Below are positions 22,642 to 34,440 of a stretch of DNA of 64,000 nt, one piece after another. Location of the stretch: contig CBDATS010000004.1 in the NCBI GenBank assembly GCA_965200245.1, forward strand, positions 448,001-512,000, written 5' to 3'. Each line of letters starts with the position of its first letter. Within the stretch, counting starts at the first letter, position 1. Below the pieces are notes generated by a model, which ran no database searches, was not told the origin of the DNA, and worked only from the letters and a program-made list of their open reading frames with translations. The DNA comes from a bacterium. GTDB lineage: Bacteria; UBA8248. The translations under genes were made by a program, and so were the position numbers.

Positions 22642-24099
22642 ATGAATAAAATCGAAGAGATTTTGAAGGAATCCCAACGCGCAAGGCTTATTCCTAGTAT
22701 TGCCGACTCAAAGAAGGAAGAGCGGCTTGTATCTGTTCTGCTCGCAACTTTGTCCGTAGTGCCCCCATTCGCCAAACAGTTCTTAGAACGCTGTGGAGTG
22801 GGGAAAAAACGGGGAAAAACGTCAAAATTACTCTGCCATACGGAGGTCAAATTCCCAACTTCTGACGAAAGCAACCATGATAACAGCCAAGACCGGCCCG
22901 ATGGCGTCTTGACTCTATCGACGGGCAAATCACCCCGGTGGAGAGCGCTATTAGAATGCAAGATTGACAATGTCGAAATTGATCGAGAGCAAGTGCTCAA
23001 GTATGCAGAGATAGCGCACCAATATGGAATCGAAGCAGTTATTACATTGTCGAATCAGCTTACGCCTTTACCAACGCATATTCCGTATTCTTCCATTCCG
23101 AAAAAGCTCAGTAATCACGTTGATTTCTTTCACATTTCATGGGTCAGCGTACTCACCCAAGCGTTATTGATTTTGAAGGACAAAGAAGAAATAAGTATCG
23201 AGCAGACATTTATTCTTGAAGAAATGACGTATTATTTCGAACCTCCCAAGTCCGGGGTCAAACGTTTCGATCAAATGAACAAAGAATGGAAACCACTCGT
23301 CGAAGGGATTAGGAACGGCAAGAAGTTCAATCCATCTTCGCCTGAGATTGAGAATACGATTTCCAGCTGGCATCAGGAAGAACGGGACGTTTGTCTTTTA
23401 TTGAGCCGTCGTATTGGTAAGCACGTCGATATCCCTCTTCCTCAGAAATATAAGAAATATCCTGAGCTTCGATTGCAAGAGGCATGCAATTCGCTGGTTA
23501 CTTCTCATGAACTGCGCTCCAGCTTCAGGGTACCGAATGCCGCCAGCGATATAGATGTAATAGTAAATTTGGAACGTAGAACGATTGCCTGCTCCATGAA
23601 ACTTGATGCGCCCGGCGGCAACAAGAGAGACAAAAGCAGAATTAACTGGCTCTTAAAACAATTGCAAGACGTTGACGGAGATGACGTAAGCGTTCGAGCT
23701 GTAGAGTCTGGAAGAGGAAAGAATCAAAAGAAACAAGAACTTCTATCAAAGGTCCGAAGCAATACTAGTTGTCTTGAAATGGGGCGCCAAAGAGCAACGA
23801 TTGCAACTTTCGAGGTTGTGGTGGTCAAATCCCTCGCAGGCCGCTTCTCTAAGCCACGGAACTTCATCGAAGACTTGGAAAATCTAGTACCGGAATTCTA
23901 CAACCGAATCGGTCAGCGTTTAAAGAATTGGGCTCCATCAGCCCCACAAATCGATAAACACGACCCAATCCAGGAACCCACTATCCGCGAAACGACGGAA
24001 GAGAATAGTCGACACGACTCTCCGCCAACGGAGACAAGCCAGTCTCACAATATGAACGCGCCAAATGATACAAATACATTACCTACGGAAAGTCCATAG
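22642..24099 (+). CDS. Hypothetical protein with an N-terminal PD-(D/E)xK nuclease-like motif
   Basis: 485 aa, visibly AT-richer than the flanks, GGAGAGAG RBS. ARLIP...EER..SVLLA, EVKF, RPDG...LLECKI, QVLKY motifs. Confidence 0.75.
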   Translation: MNKIEEILKESQRARLIPSIADSKKEERLVSVLLATLSVVPPFAKQFLERCGVGKKRGKTSKLLCHTEVKFPTSDESNHDNSQDRPDGVLTLSTGKSPRWRALLECKIDNVEIDREQVLKYAEIAHQYGIEAVITLSNQLTPLPTHIPYSSIPKKLSNHVDFFHISWVSVLTQALLILKDKEEISIEQTFILEEMTYYFEPPKSGVKRFDQMNKEWKPLVEGIRNGKKFNPSSPEIENTISSWHQEERDVCLLLSRRIGKHVDIPLPQKYKKYPELRLQEACNSLVTSHELRSSFRVPNAASDIDVIVNLERRTIACSMKLDAPGGNKRDKSRINWLLKQLQDVDGDDVSVRAVESGRGKNQKKQELLSKVRSNTSCLEMGRQRATIATFEVVVVKSLAGRFSKPRNFIEDLENLVPEFYNRIGQRLKNWAPSAPQIDKHDPIQEPTIRETTEENSRHDSPPTETSQSHNMNAPNDTNTLPTESP

Positions 24100-24177
24100 A
24101 GGTTTTTTTTCTCGTACAACTGGCAAGAGGACCCAGAAGAAGCTTGAGCGGTCCTACTACCCGCAAAGGAGTGCGCC

Positions 24178-24651
24178 ATGCCGGAAGTCCCCGCAAACAC
24201 TTGATAGTTCACCTATTTCCCTGAAGATTACCGTTGGTCTTCGGGCGTCGTGAGAGGAGCCGAGATCAGCGAGATTGATCAGTGGGCAGAGCGACTCAGG
24301 AAAGATGTCGGAAACGACGGGCTTCGGTTCCATAAGTGGGTCCACATGGTGAACATGGTGCTGGCAGTGAAAGAGAAAAAACACCGCTTGAGCACTGCCT
24401 ATCACCACAAACGCGCCGCGATGTACTACCAGATTGGAGAATGCTTTCGCACGCCCAAGGACAAACGGGTGAAAGAAACCTACAAGCTCGCACTCGCCAG
24501 CATCCTGCGTTTCACGAAGCTGACCTATGTTTCAAAGATCGAACGCGTGGAAGTGCCTTTCAAGAACAGCATGAACCTGCCGGGATATTTCTTGCACGCG
24601 CAGAACACGAAAAAGGCCAAATCGCCCGTCATCGACTATTTCGACTGCTAG
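24178..24651 (+). pseudogene. Alpha/beta hydrolase (FrsA/DHPON-hydrolase-like) N-terminal remnant
   Basis: AAGGAG RBS, MPEVPANT**FTYFPEDYRWS...GAEISEID...RAAMYYQIGE...IERVEVPF..LPGYF; ends before the catalytic domain. Confidence 0.6.
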
Positions 24652-24781
24652 GAGGGTGGGGAATTCAGGGGGGAAGTTTTCGATGGCAGGGACAACCTTT
24701 GAGTTGTCCTGTCCATAGTGGCTGTCCTTGTAAAGGACAGGTCGCAGCCTGTACCTGCGGGTGACCCCACGACACCCTCCC

Positions 24782-25825
24782 CTACCTCTCCGCGAACCCC
24801 TCGAACGCCGCGGGTATCGCCTGGATATCGCGGATCAGATCGGGCGGCAGATTCCTGTCTGCCGTTGGGAGCATTCCCGCGTAGAGGGTGTCGACGCCGT
24901 CGCCGAAACGTACCTCGATCGCCTTTTTGATATCCGCGTGCACGCCCACGGCAGCGAAAAGATGTACGAGATCATCCGGAATCTCGCCTGAGAGCGCGTC
25001 CCACTTACCCTCGCGCGTCATTTGTCTCAGCTTGCGCCCCAGATCTCCATGGCCGTGCATCTCGAGCACGGGCCAGTAATCGGGCGTTGAGCCGTAAAAG
25101 CCGAGGCGTACTTTCACCTCGTCCATCCCGCGCCTGACAGCCTCCTCATCGCGCCCCGTGACGATGTAGCCGCCGCCCGTAATCTCGAAGCACTCACGCG
25201 ATATCCCATTCTCCTCAAGTCCCTCCTCAAGTTTCGGCAGGCAGAAATCCTCGAAATACCTTCTGGTGCAAAAAGGGTGGAGCCGCACGCCGTCGCACCG
25301 GCTTCCGGCGACTTTCAGCATGGCGGGCCCCACCGCCGCGATAGTGACGGGTGTCATGGGCTGCCCGCCCGAGGGTGGCGTGAAAGCGGGTGTCATGAGG
25401 CTGAACTGATAATACTCGCCCTGGTAATCGATTTTTTCCCTGTGCATCCACGCGCGCCATATCGCGCGAAGCGACTCCACGTATTCGCGCATCCGTGCGG
25501 CAGGGGCACTCCAGGGCACGCTGAAACGCCGTACGTTGTGTGCGCGGATCTGGGGACCGAGCCCCAGGACGAAGCGCCCCCTCGAAGCGACCTGCAAATC
25601 CCAGCTTGCGCTCGCGCACACCATGGGGCTCCTCGGGAAGGCGATGGCTACGGCGGTCAGAAGTTCCACGCGCTCGGTCTCCACCGCCGCCACCGCCAGA
25701 GGAAGAAACGGATGATGCGCGTTTTCCATGGTCATCACGCCATCATAGCCCGCCGCCTCGACAGCCTTCGCCGCGGGGCCTGCTTTTTTCAAGTCACCCA
25801 TCGGAAGGGTGGTCATTATGCGCAT
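24782..25825 (-). CDS. LLM-class F420-dependent oxidoreductase (TIGR03617-like)
   Basis: GYDG...E..HHPFLPL, AIAFPRSP, SRGRFVLGLG.Q...H..RRFS, AAVGPAM, HPF, FYGSTP.Y. Confidence 0.88.
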   Translation of the reverse strand: MRIMTTLPMGDLKKAGPAAKAVEAAGYDGVMTMENAHHPFLPLAVAAVETERVELLTAVAIAFPRSPMVCASASWDLQVASRGRFVLGLGPQIRAHNVRRFSVPWSAPAARMREYVESLRAIWRAWMHREKIDYQGEYYQFSLMTPAFTPPSGGQPMTPVTIAAVGPAMLKVAGSRCDGVRLHPFCTRRYFEDFCLPKLEEGLEENGISRECFEITGGGYIVTGRDEEAVRRGMDEVKVRLGFYGSTPDYWPVLEMHGHGDLGRKLRQMTREGKWDALSGEIPDDLVHLFAAVGVHADIKKAIEVRFGDGVDTLYAGMLPTADRNLPPDLIRDIQAIPAAFEGFAER

Positions 25826-25963
25826 CCCGAAATCTCTCCTCGTTCATACCAGAAGTCACCGCCGGTCGACGGCGCGGGGCATGATACACGATCCGACAAT
25901 ACGACACATCGTGATATGATGAGTCATCCAGAGCATCGGACATTGAGACCCGGGAGGACACTC

Positions 25964-26713
25964 GTGAGCCAGCCATGCCGTCTCGAATACCGGGGTTTTC
26001 ACCAGTTGGAACTCGTGCGCAAAGGCGGCGAGGAAATCCGCATCGGCGGTCGGCTGCGCACGCTTCAGGACCCCCCACCCAACGTAGCCTCGCGCCCTCC
26101 CGTCGACACGGTACAGTACGTCTACGCGACCTGGGACCCGCGCCGTGAACGCGTGAAGCTCATCGCCTCCACGACCGGGCACGAAACCCTGGACGGTGAA
26201 GAGGTGATGCGCGGTGACTCGGCGGCACTTCTCGTCGGCATGGGTAGACCCTACGAGAACAGGCCCAAACACTACCACTGGGCGGACAGACCCGAGCACA
26301 GGACGCTCATACTGAGCCATCACAACAGAAAGCCTGCGGAATGGAGACGGCGACTGCGCACAGACACGGCAATTTCTCCGGGCGGATGGCGCGAGGTGTC
26401 ACAGGATCTCTGCGTTTCCTTTCTCGTATGGGGCGGGGAGGCGGCGTATCTCACTATCGAGGGTCGGTTACGGTGTACGGAAGCTGCATCTTCACTTGCG
26501 TTGGGTGTCGGTCTCGACGGCGCGCCTCCTGAGTCCACCGAACTGGAAATTACGCCTCACGATGCCTTGCAAGGTTTCAGGCTCTCCGTCGAGAGGCGAC
26601 TCTCCCGCAATGAGGAGGGTTTTCATACGCTGTCCTTATTCGGGCAAACGCAAGATGCCGCCTGGACGATCCTCGGAGTTACAACCGAACTTCGCTTCTC
26701 CACCCTAGGCTAA
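25964..26713 (+). CDS. Hypothetical protein
   Basis: GGAGG RBS before GTG at 25964, open to TAA at 26713. The 5' part of the track ORF is only antisense to the LLM gene. Confidence 0.6.
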   Translation: MSQPCRLEYRGFHQLELVRKGGEEIRIGGRLRTLQDPPPNVASRPPVDTVQYVYATWDPRRERVKLIASTTGHETLDGEEVMRGDSAALLVGMGRPYENRPKHYHWADRPEHRTLILSHHNRKPAEWRRRLRTDTAISPGGWREVSQDLCVSFLVWGGEAAYLTIEGRLRCTEAASSLALGVGLDGAPPESTELEITPHDALQGFRLSVERRLSRNEEGFHTLSLFGQTQDAAWTILGVTTELRFSTLG

Positions 26714-27706
26714 GGATCAGGACGATCAACGAAGTTCCCAAGACCCAGAAATGCTGAGCAACTTCGGCGTTCGCCACGCCACCAGCGCGCGTATGTGCCA
26801 GATCGTCCCGAGGATCGGGGAGGAACCCCTGCGAAGACAACCATGAAGGATGGGTTGCCCACCATCCCTTCGGCCAGCACAGAAGGCTTGGTCACGCTCT
26901 TGGCCAAAAACACCTCGACCTCGCGCCGGAAGGTGGAACGCAGATGTCCCGTGAAGACGAGTACACGGTCGGCCGTATCGAGCAGCACATAGCGGCCGCA
27001 TCTCAGCACACCCACGAAGGGCGTCTATCCCAAAGTGCTTCGTGCGAATACCTTTGCGCTTGATCCTGCCTCAATGCTTTGTCTCAATTGTTCGCCCAGG
27101 GACATCTCGATGTGGCGTTCAAACTTCTTCATGTAGACACATGGTATACGAAAATTGTTTCTCCCCGGGTCAACCTCTTGCAAAACGCAACCGACCCATC
27201 TGAACGAGCGCCGTGGATTCAAATACCTTGTTCCGCCAAGCCAAAGAGATGAGCCTGTTCCATGGACCTCGCTCCTGCCGGGTGGCAACTTATGCCACCT
27301 TGCCCTGCTGTCATTTTATCTCGAGAGTGTGGCCACCGAATCGCTCACGGACACGGTCGGTACTGACCGCGCCGATATTGTGATGAATCCGCTTTCGTTT
27401 TGATTACGAATTACAGAGGTCGAATTTGAACAAATATTCTAAAAATTAAGGGGAATTGTATACGATCCTACCCACAGCGAAAGTGAGCGGAGTTACACTT
27501 TACCGGAAATGTTGGCGGATTTCAGAATCCCGTTTGCCGTGTGCCTGCTTTTGATATTCGTCGGAATACTCACTTTCTCGTCGCTATCCAATATCTTCCA
27601 TATTTCATGTTCGCTCCCCTTGGCAATCCATGTTTTGAGGGACAATCACAAGGGATTGTCCCTGCAAAAAGAACAGCACAAGGGCAGGCAACCGAAAAGT
27701 ATCCCC

Positions 27707-30418
27707 CTAATCCAGATTCTCGCCGCTCTTCAGGAGTTGCCGCAGCACGTACTGCAGAATGCCGCCGTGCTGGTAGTAGGCCACCTCGTTGGGCGTGTCG
27801 ATGCGCACGATAGCGTCGAAGGCAATTGGTTCTCCGCCGCCCTCCGGCATGGCGATGACACGCACTTCCCTCGCTTCGCCCTGATCCAGCCCCTCTATGT
27901 CAAAGGTCTCGCGGCCCGTTAATCCCAACCCCTCAGCCGAATCTCCCGGTTTGAACTGGAGTGGCAACACGCCCATCCCCACCAGGTTCGAGCGGTGGAT
28001 GCGCTCGTAACTTTCGGCAATAACAGCCCGGATGCCGAGCAAGCTCGACCCTTTGGCAGCCCAGTCGCGCGAGGAGCCCGTGCCGTATTCCTTGCCGCCC
28101 AGGACGATGAGCGGGACTCCCACCTCTTGGTACTGCATCGCTGCGTCATAGATGGGCATGACCTCGTTCGTCGGGAAATAGGTGGTGAAACCGCCTTCGG
28201 TCCCCGGTGCCGCGCGGTTCCGCAGGCGAACGTTCGAGAAGGTACCGCGCATCATCACCTCGTGGTTCCCACGACGTGACCCGTAGGAGTTGAAGTCGGT
28301 GGGCAGCACATCGTTCATCACCAGGAAATGTCCGCCGGGACTGTCGCGCTTGATGGAGCCGGCCGGCGAGATGTGGTCCGTCGTCACCGAATCGCCCAGA
28401 AGCGCGAGGCAACGCGCGCCCCGGATGTCCTCGACCGACTCGGGTTCCGCCTTCATGCCGTCGAAATAGGGTGCCTTCCGGATGTAGGTGGACATGTCGT
28501 CCCAATCGAACAGACCGCCCTCGGGCGTGGGGACACCCTGCCAGCGCAGGTCGCCCCTGAAGACGTCGCCGTAGCTTTTCTGGAACATATCCGCTTTCAC
28601 GTGGTTCATCACCACGTCCTGAAGCTCACTCTGCGTAGGCCAGATGTCTTTGAGATAGACCGGCTCGCCATGCTGATCCTTGTCCAGGGGATCTCGCGTG
28701 ATATCGAGGTCCATGCGTCCGGCGATGGCGTAGGCCACCACCAAGGGCGGCGAGGCCAGGAAGTTCATACGCACCTCGGCGTGGACGCGGCCCTCGAAGT
28801 TCCGGTTCCCCGAGAGGACCGAGCAGGCGACCAGGTCGCCTTCGGCAACGGCCTGAGAGATGTGCGCGGGCAGAGGACCCGAGTTCCCGATACAAGTGGT
28901 GCAGCCATAACCCACGTTATGGAAACCAAACGCCTCGAGGCAGGGAGTGAGGCCCGCGCTCTGAAGATATGCCGTCACCACCATCGAACCCGGCGCAAGC
29001 GAGGTCTTTACCCAGGGTTTGGCTTTCAAACCCCGCTCAGCGGCTTTTTTCGCCACCAGTCCCGCGCCCAGCATCACGGAGGGGTTCGAGGTGTTCGTGC
29101 AACTCGTGATCGCCGCGATGACGACCGCCCCGTGCGTTATTTCGTAAGTCTTCGTTCCGTCCCGCACGGTGACGGCCGCGGGTGCTACCGCCGTGCCGCC
29201 ATCCCCGCCGCCGAGTTCGGTCAGCATCTTGTCGAGTTCACGCTCGAAGGTGGCGCTGGCGTCAGTGAGCGTGATTCGGTCCTGCGGCCGCTTGGGCCCC
29301 GAGATGCTGGGGACGACATCGCCAAGCTCAAGTTCCAGCGTATCGGAGTAGACGGCCTCAGGCGAATCCGTCTCGCGGAACATGCCCTGCGCCTTCGCGT
29401 ATGCCTCCACGAGCGCTATCTGCTCCACAGGCCTGCCTGTAAGTTCCATGTACTTGAGCGTCTCGTTGTCGATGGGGAAAATACCGCAGGTGGCGCCGTA
29501 TTCGGGCGCCATGTTCGCGAGCGTGGCACGGTCGGCAAGCGGCAGGTTGTCGAGACCCGGCCCGTAGAATTCCACGAACTTGCCGACGACGCCCTTTTCT
29601 CTCAGCATCTGCACGACCACGAGCACCAGATCCGTAGCCGTGGCACCCTCTCTCAAATCGCCCGAGAGACGGAAACCCACCACGTCCGGAATGAGCATCG
29701 AGTAGGGCTGGCCCAGCATGGCGGCTTCGGCCTCGATACCGCCCACGCCCCAGCCCAGGACACCGATGCCGTTAATCATCGTGGTGTGGGAATCCGTACC
29801 CACGACGGTATCGGGAAATGCGCGCGTGACCCCTCCTTTTTCGTCCGTACCCACGACCGGGGCGAGGAACTCGAGGTTCACCTGGTGGACAATGCCGGTA
29901 TCAGGCGGTACGGCGCGGAAGTTGTCAAAAGCGTTCTGCGCCCAGCGCAGGAAGGCATAGCGTTCGGTGTTGCGATCGTATTCGAGTTGTGCGTTCGTCT
30001 CGAGCGCCGTCTCGGTGCCGAACTCATCTACCTGTACGGAGTGGTCGATCACTATATCGACGGGCTGCAGGGGATTGATGAGATCGGGATCTCCACCCAA
30101 GTCCTTCATGGCGTCGCGCATGGCGGCCAGATCGACCACGACGGGTACGCCCGTGAAGTCCTGCAGCAGCACTCGGCTCGGCATGAAGCCGATTTCTTTC
30201 GTTTCGCCCTTCTTCGCGTCCCAGGAGGCAAGCGCCTCGATGTCTGCGGCACGCACAGAGCGGCCGTCCTCGTTTCTGAGCAGGTTCTCCAGCAACACCT
30301 TCATGGCGTAGGGGAGCCTTTCGACGTCGCCTTTATCTCTGAGCGCGTCGATTCGGAATATCTCATAGGTTTTCCCGGCGACTTCGAGTTCTGCGCGGGC
30401 ATTGAAGCTATTGGTCAT
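27707..30418 (-). CDS. acnA: Aconitate hydratase A
   Basis: [69 protein letters not shown]. Confidence 0.98.
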   Translation of the reverse strand: MTNSFNARAELEVAGKTYEIFRIDALRDKGDVERLPYAMKVLLENLLRNEDGRSVRAADIEALASWDAKKGETKEIGFMPSRVLLQDFTGVPVVVDLAAMRDAMKDLGGDPDLINPLQPVDIVIDHSVQVDEFGTETALETNAQLEYDRNTERYAFLRWAQNAFDNFRAVPPDTGIVHQVNLEFLAPVVGTDEKGGVTRAFPDTVVGTDSHTTMINGIGVLGWGVGGIEAEAAMLGQPYSMLIPDVVGFRLSGDLREGATATDLVLVVVQMLREKGVVGKFVEFYGPGLDNLPLADRATLANMAPEYGATCGIFPIDNETLKYMELTGRPVEQIALVEAYAKAQGMFRETDSPEAVYSDTLELELGDVVPSISGPKRPQDRITLTDASATFERELDKMLTELGGGDGGTAVAPAAVTVRDGTKTYEITHGAVVIAAITSCTNTSNPSVMLGAGLVAKKAAERGLKAKPWVKTSLAPGSMVVTAYLQSAGLTPCLEAFGFHNVGYGCTTCIGNSGPLPAHISQAVAEGDLVACSVLSGNRNFEGRVHAEVRMNFLASPPLVVAYAIAGRMDLDITRDPLDKDQHGEPVYLKDIWPTQSELQDVVMNHVKADMFQKSYGDVFRGDLRWQGVPTPEGGLFDWDDMSTYIRKAPYFDGMKAEPESVEDIRGARCLALLGDSVTTDHISPAGSIKRDSPGGHFLVMNDVLPTDFNSYGSRRGNHEVMMRGTFSNVRLRNRAAPGTEGGFTTYFPTNEVMPIYDAAMQYQEVGVPLIVLGGKEYGTGSSRDWAAKGSSLLGIRAVIAESYERIHRSNLVGMGVLPLQFKPGDSAEGLGLTGRETFDIEGLDQGEAREVRVIAMPEGGGEPIAFDAIVRIDTPNEVAYYQHGGILQYVLRQLLKSGENLD

Positions 30419-30650
30419 CTTTCACCTCTTTCGGACGGGAGTCCTGCATCCCGCAAAAGCCATCGAGAAAACAGCCCCCACCCCGTCAAGCGCCCCTTTT
30501 ATCCGAAACGGCGTCAAGGCCGATTCGGCGAAGAAGCTATAACAATTTGAAGCGTATTGAGTTATGGAAACAACGACTTCCAGCTTGTGAGATAATATCA
30601 CAAGTGCACGCGAAGGACGAGGGCGATCCGGGTTCACCCTGAAAGCCGTT

Positions 30651-31076
30651 TTACGCCTCTTTTACAACCATATATGTAGCCGATGCGAAACAGATGAGCC
30701 TTTCCGCATCGTCGATAATCCGAATCTCCCATACCGAAGTCTTGCGCCCCAGGTGCAGGGCCTTCGCCTCGCCCAGGAGGGTTCCCTCCTTCACGGGTCG
30801 GACGAAATTTATTTTCATCTCCACCGTCACCATCTGCGTGCCGACTGGATAGTTCACATAGCTGCCCACGCCGCCCACGGTGTCGGCGAGCGACGCCAGC
30901 GCGCCGCCGTGGATAACCCCGAAGGGCTGATGAAGCCTCGGCTCCACGGGCATTGCAACGCGGGCAAAGCCCTCTCCCGCTTCGAGTACCTCGAAACCCA
31001 TGAGGTCGTTGAAGTTTCCCTGCCAGCGGGCTTGAAACACCCGCTTGACCTCTTCTTTCGTCCATGAGCGATCCAT
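30651..31076 (-). CDS. PaaI-family hot-dog thioesterase
   Basis: HQPFGVIHGGALASLAD, TVEMKINFVRP, HLGRKTSVWE. Confidence 0.9.
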   Translation of the reverse strand: MDRSWTKEEVKRVFQARWQGNFNDLMGFEVLEAGEGFARVAMPVEPRLHQPFGVIHGGALASLADTVGGVGSYVNYPVGTQMVTVEMKINFVRPVKEGTLLGEAKALHLGRKTSVWEIRIIDDAERLICFASATYMVVKEA

Positions 31077-31665
31077 AATCGTCCTTTCTGACGTGTGCTT
31101 TCTCATTAGGACGATGAACACAAAAACACTTGATCATTCGCCGGAAAACCAACGACGGAATGGAACCATCTCGGAAAGCCCGGGAGAACCTCTACAAAAC
31201 ACCGAGACCTAAGCTGATCTCAAAAGTATAAGGAGTACCGACATGGGTTCGGTCGATTTTTCCAGGCGTTCGGGCGCTATTCCAAACTATGCATGGATTG
31301 CACTAAGCTTCTTTGGATCCCTGACTCTGCGCGATGATTGCATCAAGCGCCTTGTCCCCTTGCCTTTTTCCGGCGGCCGGTGGTGTAGGGCCAAATCGAA
31401 ATACACTACGCGATGCCCATGAGATATTCCGTATTGATCGGCTGGAAATCAATCATCTTTCCACATCCTCCCTTTCCGGATCCTCATCAGGATTATCTCT
31501 TGAACACCAGAACCAAAACGCGGGATGAACGCAAACTCCCAAATTCCTCTTTGTGAACCCACACAATTATGTGAATTCTGAAACAGGGTTTGACCTTTTT
31601 CCCTTCACTCTGTGCCTGGTGCCAATCCCGGCGATACGGGCAAGAATGATACTCCCGAAGCCCGG

Positions 31666-31980
31666 CTAGCCGAAAATCTGCGTCGGCACGCGGCCCCATT
31701 TAGCGGGGTCAGTGAGGATATCGCCATCCTCGCCCTCATAGGAGCAAAAGAGCAGTTCGGTTTCAGTCTTCCTGCCCTTTTTCTCAAGACGCCTCACAGT
31801 GATGGTAGGCACGTGAATGCCGAGTTCGAAGTTTTTGGCGTGGCTCACCGAGACGCTCGCCCCGAACTTGGCAGCGCAGTTCTCGAGTTGTTCCCTCGTC
31901 GTCTTCACCCGGCCGTCCGCGAGGATTTCCCCGCCAAAATTTTCCGTGAGATCGACGAAAAAAATTTCAGGCTCCAGCAT
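31666..31980 (-). CDS. Hypothetical protein (~104 aa)
   Basis: AAGGGAG RBS, protein-like composition, no motif recognised. Confidence 0.6.
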   Translation of the reverse strand: MLEPEIFFVDLTENFGGEILADGRVKTTREQLENCAAKFGASVSVSHAKNFELGIHVPTITVRRLEKKGRKTETELLFCSYEGEDGDILTDPAKWGRVPTQIFG

Positions 31981-32089
31981 GATGGCGCACACTCCCTTGA
32001 AACGAGATGAAAGAAATCCCCTATTCGGGGTCTACGAAAGCGCGGAGTCTAGCAGAATAGCGCGAATAAGTCTCACAATTCCGGGAACC

Positions 32090-32860
32090 CTACCAATCCC
32101 AGAACAGGGTATACGCCCTGCCAGTGACGGGCGCGGTTTCACGCCATTCCAGACAGGTCTGACCGGTCTCGTTCAAAATGCGGGGGTAGACGCGGCGTTT
32201 GTTAAAACTGTTCGACGCCCCCTGAGATTCCTCGCGTCGCACGCCCACGATCTTGCGGCCGGAAGGTATCAGCACTTCCAAATGAAACTCGTCTGTGGGG
32301 TATTCGACTACGAGGGTGACCCACTCATTTCGCGAGGTGAACGAATCGCGCAGGTGCAGTTCGTGATGAAGCTCGAAGGTCGCGCCCTCGGGAATCGGCT
32401 CGGTCAAGGGCAGGTGCGCGGAATAATCCGCCCCCCTCTCACTATTGATGCGATACTCCAAGAGTGTCCAAGGCACCTCGGCAGCACCCTCTTCGATGAG
32501 GCGGTAGGAATAGGCCGCCTCCCGGTCGCCGCTGCCCGTATGATAGCGCGTGCGGATGCACGGCATCTCCCTGTTCGCGAGACAGTGGCGTACGCTCTCC
32601 ATGCGCGCGGCGCGGCCCACGATGTCTTCAATCGTATAGGTGCGGGCATGGAGCAGGACACGGTAGTCGAACTCATCGTTTCCTTCACGCGCAGACTGAG
32701 GTGCGGTGACACTGGCACGGGTTGTATACTCCAGACGCCGCAAGTTCGCCTCAAGCGTATCAAGCCTTTTGGCAAACTCCTCAAGACGCCTCGAAACTAT
32801 AGAATCACCACTGGCCGGCTCTTCGGGCGGGCCGCCGGTTTCGGGGTGTTCAGCCACCAT
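32090..32860 (-). CDS. Hypothetical protein (short coiled coil plus predicted beta-rich domain)
   Basis: GAGGG RBS before ATG 32860. RRLEEFAKRLDTLEANLRRLE coiled coil; alternating beta-strand pattern ending GRAYTLFWDW. Confidence 0.65.
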   Translation of the reverse strand: MVAEHPETGGPPEEPASGDSIVSRRLEEFAKRLDTLEANLRRLEYTTRASVTAPQSAREGNDEFDYRVLLHARTYTIEDIVGRAARMESVRHCLANREMPCIRTRYHTGSGDREAAYSYRLIEEGAAEVPWTLLEYRINSERGADYSAHLPLTEPIPEGATFELHHELHLRDSFTSRNEWVTLVVEYPTDEFHLEVLIPSGRKIVGVRREESQGASNSFNKRRVYPRILNETGQTCLEWRETAPVTGRAYTLFWDW

Positions 32861-33209
32861 GTTCGTGCATCCCTCGCGTCGCGCCGATGCGGCGCATTTT
32901 CCCGCATTTGCTACGCTTCCAAGAAATGGAACCAAAAGTATACCAACATACCGGGCGCATGGGCAAGGAGCACCCTGCGATGTCTGATCAGCAGTCGATT
33001 GCGATCTTTTCCCTGGCCGGAACAGGTCGTTGACCTCGCGTGACGCAACCGGCACGGACCGATTCCTTGTCGAGCGTCATCAACCTCATGAACGGACAGC
33101 TACGCCGTTCGCATCTCGTTTCACCCGCTGGCCAAAACTGAACAAACCGATAAATGTCGATAGATTCACGATGTATTCGAAGAAAGAAATGGAGATTTAA
33201 ATTGCTGTA

Positions 33210-34364
33210 TCATACGGAATTAAGCCGTTGGCGGGAGTTTTCGACGGTCAGTCGGCGGGGGTCGGCCAACTGCCCGCACGCTGCCAGGATGTCGCTCCCC
33301 TTGCTGATGCGCGTGGTGGCCACCAGACCTGCAGCGAGAAGTATGCGACGGAATTCCTCGACACCCTCATCGTCTGGCCGCTCGAAGGCGACACCGGAGA
33401 AAGGATTCCAGGGAATGAGGTTCACCTTGCACTTGAGGCCCTCCAGGAGCCGCGAGAGAGCCCTTGCATCCCCTGTTGAATCGTTCACTCCTCGCAACAT
33501 GACGTATTCAAAGGTGATGCGACGGCGTTCGCCGATGGGCAGATTCCGGCATTCATCGACCAGTGCCCCGAGATTCCATTTACGGTTCACGGGCACGAGT
33601 TTCTCTCTGGTCGCATCGTTCGCCGCATGGAGCGATACCGCCAGACCCACGCCCGGAGCGGCGGAGACGAAATCCTTTAACCTCGAAACGACCCCGACAG
33701 TCGATACAGTAAGCCTCCTGGGACTGACACAGTTCGCCTGCGGGTGCGTGAGGATTCTCACAGCCTTCACGGTGGCGTCGAAATTATCGAGCGGCTCTCC
33801 CATGCCCATGAACACGATATTATGAAAGCGTTCTCCTTCGGCAAGGAGTCTTCTCGCTGCGAGAAACTGGCTGACGATTTCACTGACTTTCAACTGCCTG
33901 ACGAAACCCATTTTTGCCGTCAGGCAGAACGAACATCCCATAGCGCATCCCACCTGCGTGGAGATGCAAAGAGACCACCGCATGGCACCGTTTACGTATC
34001 TCATGGGTATCCGGACGCTTTCGATACGTGAGCCGTCGCGAAGCCGCCACACGTATTTCTCCGTCCCGTCTGCGCTTTTGCTCTCCTGGTCAAGCGTGAG
34101 GACTTCCAGGTGAACCGTTTCTGCCAGTTTCACCCTGAAATCCTTGGGGATGTTGGTCATCTGGGAGAATTCGCTCACGCCTTGATCGTAGAGCCAGGAG
34201 AATAACTGCCGGCCTCTGTATGGGGGCTCCCCCAACTCCTCGCACAGCGAAGCGAGTTCCTCATCATCCATGCCGACTAGATCGATAGGCTCGGAGTTCG
34301 GCAGCCAATCTGCCGGAGTTGCCACAAATTTTGATTTCACATCCTGTTTCATCAATGGACTCAT
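33210..34364 (-). CDS. rlmN: 23S rRNA m2A2503 / tRNA m2A37 radical-SAM methyltransferase
   Basis: CISTQVGCAMGCSFC, FMGMGEPL, SLHA, EYVML, VNLIPWN, DILAACGQL. Confidence 0.96.
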   Translation of the reverse strand: MSPLMKQDVKSKFVATPADWLPNSEPIDLVGMDDEELASLCEELGEPPYRGRQLFSWLYDQGVSEFSQMTNIPKDFRVKLAETVHLEVLTLDQESKSADGTEKYVWRLRDGSRIESVRIPMRYVNGAMRWSLCISTQVGCAMGCSFCLTAKMGFVRQLKVSEIVSQFLAARRLLAEGERFHNIVFMGMGEPLDNFDATVKAVRILTHPQANCVSPRRLTVSTVGVVSRLKDFVSAAPGVGLAVSLHAANDATREKLVPVNRKWNLGALVDECRNLPIGERRRITFEYVMLRGVNDSTGDARALSRLLEGLKCKVNLIPWNPFSGVAFERPDDEGVEEFRRILLAAGLVATTRISKGSDILAACGQLADPRRLTVENSRQRLNSV

Positions 34365-34440
34365 GGTGTTATGGTTTGCCCGTTTTGCTTCCAGTTTGAA
34401 TCATATCATGGTTATTCATGCTTGGATGGAGAGCACCCAT

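Noticed and set aside
28328-30550. 740-aa plus-strand ORF
   Set aside because: Antisense shadow of acnA.
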